64,000 bases of DNA, taken from assembly GCF_006345805.1 (NCBI RefSeq), contig NC_043004.1, positions 61,814,001 through 61,878,000 on the forward strand, written 5' to 3'. Every line of letters starts with the position of its first letter. The stretch's first letter is position 1. Source of the stretch: Octopus sinensis. Its lineage: Eukaryota. The position numbers and the translations under genes are program-made. This document shows positions 54,691 to 64,000 of the stretch, in pieces. The notes under the pieces are model-generated. The model searched no databases, was not told the origin of the DNA, and saw nothing but the letters and a program-made list of their open reading frames with translations.

Positions 54691-55909
54691 GAAAATTTGA
54701 ACTCTCTATATATCCCTTAGATTCTATTGTACTCATTTTATGTAGGTGTGCTGGTTCTTACAATGCCATTTTATCGGTTATCTCCAGGTTTTTGCCTATA
54801 ATATAATTGAAGCATGATATACGCACAAAATTACAGTGAATTTCGAAGACGTGTTTCGAAGACATTGCTGATGGTTCTGTTACTAAGACCACGACAGCTT
54901 CCATAGGATGAATGCATAAAATATAAAATAAAGCTATCAAATTTTGGCAAACTCGTAGTTTTCCATTTCTAGAACTAAAATTCAGAATGAGAGTTTTTTT
55001 TCTTTTTTTCATTTTGGCTTTAGTGATTAGTGTTAATTCTAGGAAGTTTTGTGATCAGGTATTGGTTACTAATTCATAGAGTGAGGTCGATGGGAAAGAT
55101 CGTTAAAACGTTGGAAAAACGCCTTTAGTCATCTGACAAAATCTTGGACTTCACATTTGATTTTATTTCTTCCTGAGTTGATTCAACAATATTCTTGATT
55201 TATATCTAAGTTGATGTAATCTACTGATTGTTTAGTACTGCGATTGGTGTTTTCTGCTAACCCACACATTTATACTTAAAGTATATTTTGTAAAAAACAT
55301 GCAAAACATTTTATTTTCAATAATAAAAGAACATGCATGATTGAATAAACCATTCCTGAACGAAATATAACAAAAGGAAAATCGTCCGCGAAACGATAAA
55401 AAACGATACGATATACACAATATATTTACACAAAATTCTCATCCGTTATGATAAGGATATCTATTAAGCAGATCAATCTAAATATCGAACCGCAGCTGTG
55501 TGTGTGTGTATATATATGTGCGTGCGTATGTGTGTGTGTGTGGTATGTGTGTGTTTTGTGTGTGTGTGTTTGTTAGATTATCTTCCATATGTCACTCTGA
55601 ATAGAGATGATTCTATACAAGCAGCAGCTCAACAATAAGCAAATAAAAGATAGAGGCAGTAGGGAGAAGGGGGGAGAGAGGGTGGGAAAGAAAGAGAGAG
55701 TGTGAAAAAGAAAGAGAGAAAAAGAGAGACGGAGAGAAAGAAAGAGAAAGTGAGAGAATATGACAGAAATTATAATAAATATATGACAAAGATATAATCA
55801 AATGGAATTTAAAAGAATAATACCTCGTTAGAGAGATATAAAGCTAAAGAATCGGTGAGTGAAAAGAATACAGAAAGAAAATAGATGGTAAAGCAAATGA
55901 TTGGAGTAA

Positions 55910-56070
<161 letters not shown>

Positions 56071-56965
56071 TGTGCTTGTGTGTGTGCGTGTGTATGCAAA
56101 CTGTCACATCTACAGAGTCATACGTATGTAGGTTCTATTTTTTGGTCTTAGCCGACGCGTACACAAACAAACGCTATTCATTATTTTGTCAGACAGCTGA
56201 AAATGAATGATATGTAGAAGAATAATATTCTTAGCGATATTACATCCCATTGTGATTTCAGAAATATTACAGGAGAACTATTGATATGCGATACATGCTT
56301 TTTCTCTTTGTCTATTATATCATATATCATAGGAGGCATAAAACAATCTTTTTTGAATACGTGGTGGTATTTTAAACACTTCTTTAAAGGTATTGTTGTT
56401 CATTTTATGATTTCTCTTTATATAATCATTTTAAAATATATTTATCTATATTGACTTTTAGGTATAATTACTTGCAATATTTAATTTTTTATATAAGACT
56501 TAATCACTACAAATTATATTCACATTTAAACAGACAAATACTGTACATCGCAAAATAAATTGTCTCTAGGCAGGAATAAATATCATTAATAAATGAATTT
56601 ATTTAACTGAAAATATTCTAATTGAAACATAAATAAAATATTTTGACGCGTTTGGTCCGGAAGGAGAAAATTATACAAATATCTGACTATATATTGTAAT
56701 TCTAATCTTATTAATGTTTTACAGATCAATTTAATAATTACAAATATCAGACAAAACAATTAAATAATATTGCCCAAAACAGTTTAAAATAATTAAATAA
56801 TTAGCTTCCTACTGATTCTACTTACTTGAAGCAAAACCGTAACAAATGTATATGGCATTTATTTGTGCCATAAGACGTACATACAGGCAGGAGGGAATAC
56901 AGCCAGACGTTCTAAATATGCAACCCAATACACATTCACAAATATAAACTCATTGAATTTTGCTG

Positions 56966-57015
<50 letters not shown>

Positions 57016-57102
57016 AAACATCCAGTATTAAACACATGCACAATGAAACTTGTATATAACACTAATAAACATGCACGTAGTTACACACATACGGATACTA
57101 AC

Positions 57103-57141
<39 letters not shown>

Positions 57142-57164
57142 TAGAGAGAGAGAGAGAGAGAGAG

Positions 57165-57481
57165 AAATTACATTATATAAAATCCGTTCTGTCTGTCTGG
57201 ATCTCGGGCATCCTCCATACAATTGCGCGCAAAGTTGATATGTAGATACCGACGTTATCAGGGCGTGTAGAAATCTTGAAAAACATTTTAAAATCGATTC
57301 CATGTGAGAATGCTATCGATAAAGCCGTGGGAAAGTGCATGTGTACGTGCAAGTACATCAGCTGTTGCGATCAGTGCTTCTCAATGGGGATGCCTATGGA
57401 ACGGTCGGACAAGTTGCTTTGAGAAAATTTGGTTTAAATGTTTGACAACTCACCACCGTTCATTGGACGGCGGGCGTTTTG

Positions 57482-57485
<4 letters not shown>
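57165..57485 (+). mobile_element. Possible non-autonomous Helitron-like element
   Basis: 5' ATTATATAAAATCCGTTCTGTCTGTCTG and a GC-rich 3' end CGGCGGGCGTTTTGCT resemble the termini of such elements. Confidence 0.3.
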
Positions 57486-57555
<70 letters not shown>

Positions 57556-57712
57556 TAGATAGATAGATGAGTGTATTTTTACCTTGTTAACATTAACACG
57601 GAAAAATAAATAAATAGTTACCAGGGCAGCAAAAATCTCACAAGTAAAGATGTTGTAACTCCCCTATTATCGATCTAAAAGTAAATATAACACCTTCAAA
57701 AGTAATTACGCT

Positions 57713-58426
57713 ATGAATACTAGTAAAAATATTTGGTTAATAATTCCTTACGGGAGACAAATTAAATCTAATCTCCCACTGCTGTTTCGTCAGGCTATTG
57801 CTAGGAATTTTCCAAACAATTCTAGATATTACTCTATAATTAATTCAGATAAGATTAGGATAGGTTTTTCAAACACAAAAAATCTCTTGCAAATTATATC
57901 CTCTCATAATAACAAACTGTTAAATATTAATACATTTACTAATACTAACATTAATTTAGCTAATACCATCCAACCCTCTAGAAATATTAATAACAAGGTT
58001 AGTGTATCTGAAGTCAATTCCAATAGAATTAAATTTATGTCAAGTAACTCTAAGATTAAAATTTCTATATACCAGTGTATAATCAGTACTCGTAATAAAG
58101 TACGATTTTACATTGGAAGCACATCGTTAGAGTTATCTAAAAGAATTTCTATCCATTACTCAACATTTAGAGATAGAAATAAACGGAATAGTACCGGTCT
58201 CAGCAAACTGATTTGGGATTTAAAAGACCACAATGAACAATTTCATTTAGAATGGTTGATCCTCTCAATTTCGATACCATATGACAAAGGCAAGAAATTT
58301 TGTCTTCTCTGCAATTCTGAGCTATTTTTCATTATTTTTTCTAAAAATACTCTAGTAAACACGGTTATAGAACCAGCATACAGATGTAAGCATTGGCAGA
58401 AACATACATTTAGTGCATATAAGTAG
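57713..58426 (+). CDS. PLE-encoded linker plus GIY-YIG endonuclease (partial transposon ORF)
   Basis: 237 aa without stops; IYQ...YIG, R...H and downstream E pattern. Confidence 0.75.
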   Translation: MNTSKNIWLIIPYGRQIKSNLPLLFRQAIARNFPNNSRYYSIINSDKIRIGFSNTKNLLQIISSHNNKLLNINTFTNTNINLANTIQPSRNINNKVSVSEVNSNRIKFMSSNSKIKISIYQCIISTRNKVRFYIGSTSLELSKRISIHYSTFRDRNKRNSTGLSKLIWDLKDHNEQFHLEWLILSISIPYDKGKKFCLLCNSELFFIIFSKNTLVNTVIEPAYRCKHWQKHTFSAYK

Positions 58427-58626
58427 TCTCTATCATTATATATAATTTAAACTTTAATTTCCTTTATATTTAACATTCACTATTAATATCCCTACTCTTT
58501 CTGTTAGCTACTTATGACGTTATATAATATAACGTTTTTTTAAACAATATTAATAGCGTTCTGTCTATCGCTATACAAATCCATCATTTTTTGCTAAAAT
58601 GTCGTATTGACGAGTTTCGTTTTTTC

Positions 58627-58712
58627 ACTTTCCCGAAGAGAAGATGGCATTGTTTATACCATTTATTCTTTTGAATAGTATCAGTGGGATTTTCGAAACA
58701 TATGTAGAAAGT
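58627..58712 (+). ncRNA. Type I hammerhead motif with long loop II and C at position 4
   Basis: Stem I ACTTTC/GAAAGT. Core CCGAAGA. Stem II GAAGAT/ATTTTC. GAAA. Palindromic helix III ACATATGT. GUA triplet ending at 58706. Confidence 0.68.
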
Positions 58713-59745
58713 AAAAATACTTGTTTAAACCTGCGTTAACTCCATTTATCATTCATATATATATATATATATATATACAAATATTTATATACACACTATG
58801 TACAATTATGTTCTACCATGTAATTGTACCTACATTGTGCCTACGTACGTATCTTCATGTATTATATCTATATTATATCTATATAATAAAAAAAATAGCA
58901 AGCTATGTTTATATACCTATATACATAAATGTCGTCGAATTTTTAAATGAAAATATCGCAAGTCCCTAGCAGGAAACGATTTATTCCGCCTTTCGGGGCC
59001 GATAAGTTAAGTTAAGGTACAGGTTACCTGCTTTCAATTGAAATGGGACACAAACTGGGAGTCTCACGATTTAAACAAGTTGATCTTTCTTTTCAACACA
59101 CGATTTGGATATTTGGAAAATATCTACGATCATCCTCTTAGTCTAAATGAGATTATTGTCGTTGTTTATTTTAGTTGGCCGGCGAGAGTGATTTGTAACT
59201 GGAACAGACAATTTTGCAGATCAAAATCTGGAAAACACTTCTGGGGCACAGTAACAGCATGCTGGCTGCACATAGTGCAAACGTTCCTGCAAGTCTCCAC
59301 TGCTTCTGTGCCATTTCTACGGTAACAACATCCATGAGTTGTCGATAGTGATTGCTTGGTTCCTTATTTCCAGGATAGTCTGAAGCACAGAGAATACAAT
59401 ATATCACATCGCAAGCGTGTGTCGAACTACATTGACACACTAATTATCTAAAGAGTACTTATTCTCTAGGGACATACTGCAGACAGAGACTTATTTGAAT
59501 CCTGGATTTCCATGCACGCAAAAAGCGAACGGTCTTTTCAATTAAAGAAATAAAATATTAAATGCAAATATAGAAATATGTATGTACGTGTGTGAATTTA
59601 GGGGTACGTGTCTGTGTGTGCTTATTTGTGTATATGTGTGTTTCTGTTTATGCAATCTGGGGCTGACAACGTTTTATAATTACGCACACGGTCTATAATA
59701 ATTACTATGCAAATTTCAAAGATCATTTTCTGAAAGTGTTTTTTT

Positions 59746-60083
<338 letters not shown>

Positions 60084-61089
60084 TAAAATAAGGGTAAAAG
60101 AAAAGTTCTATGCCAATTAAGTATTTAAATTTAACCTTTTAAGGTATTTTTATGCTGGCCATGATAAATTTTGTTTTTCGGAAAAAATTTAATCCTACAT
60201 TAGTTATATATATATATATATATATATATAAGAAGTACATCATGAGCACATGATGTGATTTATTCCACAACAATTTTTAAATACATCGTAAGCGCAGCAT
60301 GATGCTTTTCACAACTGTCTTCTACTGTAGCTCTGGATCTAACAAAGATTTCTGAGAGGATTTAGTGGATAGTATCTGAAAGAAGTCATCAGGTAAATAC
60401 ACGAGGGATTACTGAAAAGTTCTTGTCTTTAAGGCTATTGCGAAAGGCCTGGTTAGAGAACCAAAACAACGAGTTATTTAACAGGGCTTGAAAAAAATAG
60501 AGGACAACTACAATTGGTGTGTGAATCTGAGAAAATCATAATTAACTGATTTTCCTCTATTTTTTTTTACCGAAAGCCAGGATCAGGAATTATCTAAATA
60601 GGCTAGTGTTTCAGTCACGGGGAGTAGGTGCAGATGAAATAAATGTGGTGGACTAGTGAGTTACGACAGATGAGATGCAAAGTTAAACTTGAGCCAAAAC
60701 AAACGACATGCTCATAGCAGAATCTCCCATTGGTAGCTCTACCCACTGGATCGCAGTTTACGGACCGTATATATCTTATGGATCTAACTATATTTCTCAA
60801 TAACAACGCAGTAAGCGATCATTTGTGGATTACGTGTGCTTAATGATGAAAGTTTCATAAAGATGAAATCAACAGTCAAATGCTTAGAATTACCATTTGG
60901 AACCTCTTTTTGTAAAAGGGTTTCAGAACAGGCAACAGCTCAGCGTAATTTTAGGGTGAAAATACAATAGAGTAGGGTAATGTCTGTACGCAAATAATCC
61001 ATAGTAGAAATCAATTTGTCTCCCATTTGGTGATGGGCTTATTGTAATTGTTTTTATTTTATTAATTGTATGATGCTGTTATATGACGT

Positions 61090-61332
61090 ATTAGGATTTA
61101 ACTCCAGGTGCTCTTTTATTCTCTCTTTTACTTGTTTCAGTCATCTGACTGCGGCCATGCTGGAGCCCCGCCTTTAATCGAGCAACTCGACTCCGGGACT
61201 TATTCTTTGTAAGCCCAGTACTTATTCTATCGGTCTCTTTTGCCGAACCGCTAAGTAACGGAGACATAAACACACCAGCATCGGTTGTCAAGCAATGCTA
61301 GGGGAACAAACACAGACACACAAACACACACA

Positions 61333-61370
<38 letters not shown>

Positions 61371-61533
61371 TACGACGGGCTTCTTTCAGTTTCCGTCTAC
61401 CAAATCCACTCACAAGGCTTTGGTCGGCCCGAGGCTATAGCAGAAGGCACTTGCCCAAGGTGCCACACAGTGGGACTGAACCCGGGACCATGTGGTTGGT
61501 AAACAAGCTACTTACCACACAGCCACTCCTGAG
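61090..61533 (-). mobile_element. tRNA-derived SINE, same family as 46894-47371
   Basis: Reverse-complement similarity through head, CORE-like segment, (TA)n and tail. Confidence 0.85.
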
Positions 61534-63926
61534 CTGCTCTATTTATAATATATATTTAGATACCACTCTATATTTTGCAACCAATAATCGTTCAGTTCGA
61601 ATTTCTAGTTTCACTGTCATTATCTAAATACAATCCATTGCAAATAAATTACCAACCTAAATTTTGAATTATAATCCTTCATTTTACAATGAGGATATGG
61701 AAATTATACATGTGCAGATATTTTGTGTTTATTATCTGTTATTTATGGACATTTCTGCAAAATATTCCTTCTCTTCCGAGTAAAGTTTTTATAGAAATTG
61801 CAACAAAGTGTTTAAAATACCAACTCTATAGTCAGTTGCCATAAGACCATTAAAATTAAACGCGAAAGTGAATAACAAATTCCTGTTTTAAAAAAATTTG
61901 AAATAATCACTGTAAAAAACAGTTAATCAGACGTTTTATACATTTCTCTTACAAATACCATCCTAAACCTGAAAAAATCTCAACCTATGAATATGCTCAT
62001 TGCAAACATTTACATTTTACATTATGGAGCCACTATCCAACTCCCACAAAGTATAGCTGATGAGGTTCTATTAGCAAAACTGCAGGAATACCGTGTTGAT
62101 GAATTTGTTGCTTTCATGAAGCAGATATTTGATGATTCATGAAATAAATATCAAAACAATTTCACAATTTTATATCTAACTAAACGTTTATAATACATCT
62201 TTTGCGATATATCTACATGAAGTTGTGTACACACTCTCACATCGTGTAAGTTCTAGAAACAAAAGTTAAATTCAATATATGAATACCACTTAATATTCAG
62301 TCATTGAACATGGCAGGTATTGAAGACATTGACTTAATGCCTAATTGTGTATTGAAAAATATATTTCGTTATGTATATTTGTAGATGTAAAGAGATTAGA
62401 GGAAATTGTTTATGGCAATCATTATGGCCATTGATATAAATATCCACTTGAAACATTGGGGTCTTTATAAAATGTAATGCTCACCGTAATGGCAGTTCAA
62501 AACAACTCAAGAAGGTTAGTGTATGGAATTTTGCGCGATACGCAAATGATTGGTCAGATCCAGTATACTATCACCTATTATAAAACACAGAGAACAGACA
62601 TCTCAATGGAAGAAGATCTTGTTGAACTCTTGATCAGCTCTGACCCAGGGAGGATGTGATTGAATACATTTTCTGGGCAAGTATTCTGACTTCTTTCGGA
62701 TTTGTAACACATTTAACTTGAAATTCTTTTAGGCTGTTCTGTGAAGTTTTACGAAAGGTTAAGTAGTAAAACATCGTCAAAACATAATAAGTTCCTTCAC
62801 TCCTGCAAACACGAGGAACTAAATTTCTAGTGTGTTTGAAATGAAAATATTCATGAGAAAACAAAACAATACAATGTATTTCTGCTGTCTTCATCCATTT
62901 CAAAATTTTTATGCAGATTTTGTATACACTACAGAATCGGCGGACGTTATACTAAGTGTATTAGAGAGAAACTATTTACTTTGTAATAACTACATTATTG
63001 TAAATCTGTTTTAAGATAAAGATAATTACTTACACAACATGTAGTTAATTCGTATATGATATATGAAACGTGGTAAATACGTCTTTTTCTATGACAAATA
63101 ACTTTGAGTTTATGGCAGGCATATATCAGAATGAAACAATAATTAAAATGATACACATGTCTGTACATACATACGTATACATATACGTACATACATATAC
63201 ACATGCACATACATACACATGTATATAATACATACATCTAAGTTCCCACACAGACATACATATATTTAGATATATTACATTATGTAAACCGACAGAATAA
63301 CTGTAGAATTGAGAATAAGTTTTGTAGATATTGTTCAACTAGATAATTCTCAATGGGAATTTGTATATAGTTATGTAAACGATTGTAGTCGCTGGTGAAT
63401 TATTGGAGAAATAATGCGCAGGCATTTACGCATAAATGAGCATTAAATTGAGAAACCAAGAATTCATAGGAGAAAGCGTGGCTGCATATACATATCAATA
63501 TCCATACATGTTGGTAGGAGGCAGTGGGATCTATATTTAGAAGCATATGTATGCATAAGGGAAACTGAAACGGAAGGACTTGAACTTGTGTATACGTATG
63601 TATGTACCGAAATGAGAGCATGTATTTTCTCTGAGAGAAGGGAGTACAAAGTTTGTTGAAATGAGGCCTATGTATCAATGAAGAAATTAAAGGTGATCAA
63701 ATATATTGAAAGAAGTAAAGAATATATATAGATATGCATGTATATAATGCCTTGGTCTCTATAGATAAACGCACGTGCCACTCTCTAAACATCCATATTT
63801 CTTCACCTATGTGCGTATATGTTTATCGCTGACATACATTTTTTTCACGAAGCAAAGCAATATCTATATTTTCATGTGAGGCGACAAAATAATTTTATTG
63901 GGTAAGCTTGTTGTGTGGAGGCGCGT

Positions 63927-64000
63927 GGCTTAGTAGTTAGGGTGTCAGCATCATTATCGTAAGATTGTTGTTTCGTTTCCTGACCGGGCGACGCATTGTT
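63927..64000 (+). mobile_element. tRNA-derived SINE head, cut by the window end
   Basis: GGCGCGTGGCTTAGTAGTTAGGGTG...GTTTCGTTTCC. Confidence 0.55.

Larger units (their letters stand above)
57570..58750 (+). mobile_element. Penelope-like element 3, 5'-truncated (GIY-YIG plus 3' UTR)
   Basis: Uninterrupted ORF 57713-58426: IWLIIPY, IISSHNNKLL, IYQC..FYIGST..KRISIH..STGLSKLIWDLK, CLLC, CKH. (TA)n on both flanks. Confidence 0.85.

Noticed and set aside
59171-59390. GC-richer segment open in several frames with splice-like edges
   Set aside because: One minus frame (CCYRR..TCRNVCTMCSQHAVTVPQKCF) resembles a decayed piggyBac Cys-rich domain, and no host protein is recognisable.
62057-62096. CTGATGAG-GTT-CTATT-AGC-AAAAC-TGCAG hammerhead-like string
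   Set aside because: GAAA is AAAA, and there is no cleavage triplet or stem I partner.
62490-62580. Minus-strand segment with good acceptor and GTGAGC donor
   Set aside because: All three frames contain stops; it could only be a non-coding exon, which I cannot support without RNA data.

Overview
AT-rich, microsatellite-dense eukaryotic DNA, most likely an octopus intergenic or intronic region (inferred from SINE types and repeat landscape, not proven). I find no confident host protein-coding gene. Most ORFs in the supplied track are artefacts of (TA)n/(CA)n/(TTA)n/(GCA)n repeats or of antisense transposon sequence. The window is a transposon graveyard: several Penelope-like elements (PLEs), R4/Dong-type and other RLE LINEs, CR1 and RTE LINEs, Tc1/mariner remnants and tRNA-derived SINEs. 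The most interesting signal is a recurring architecture. Three different PLE families sit in (TA)n tracts, two of them as large inverted structures (2.2 kb and 0.8 kb arms plus a unique 3' tail). Each carries a minimal type I hammerhead ribozyme motif on its sense strand near the 3' end, and each motif has a different non-canonical core: U3-A8 covariant, CUGAUGCG, and CCGAAGA with a long loop II. Three more decayed hammerheads occur elsewhere. Other notable items are an RTE LINE with twin-priming-like 5' inversion, a perfect 29-bp hairpin and a locally triplicated unclassified segment. PLE hammerheads are a known phenomenon; only these specific variants and arrangements might be new. Repeat boundaries are read by eye and are approximate.
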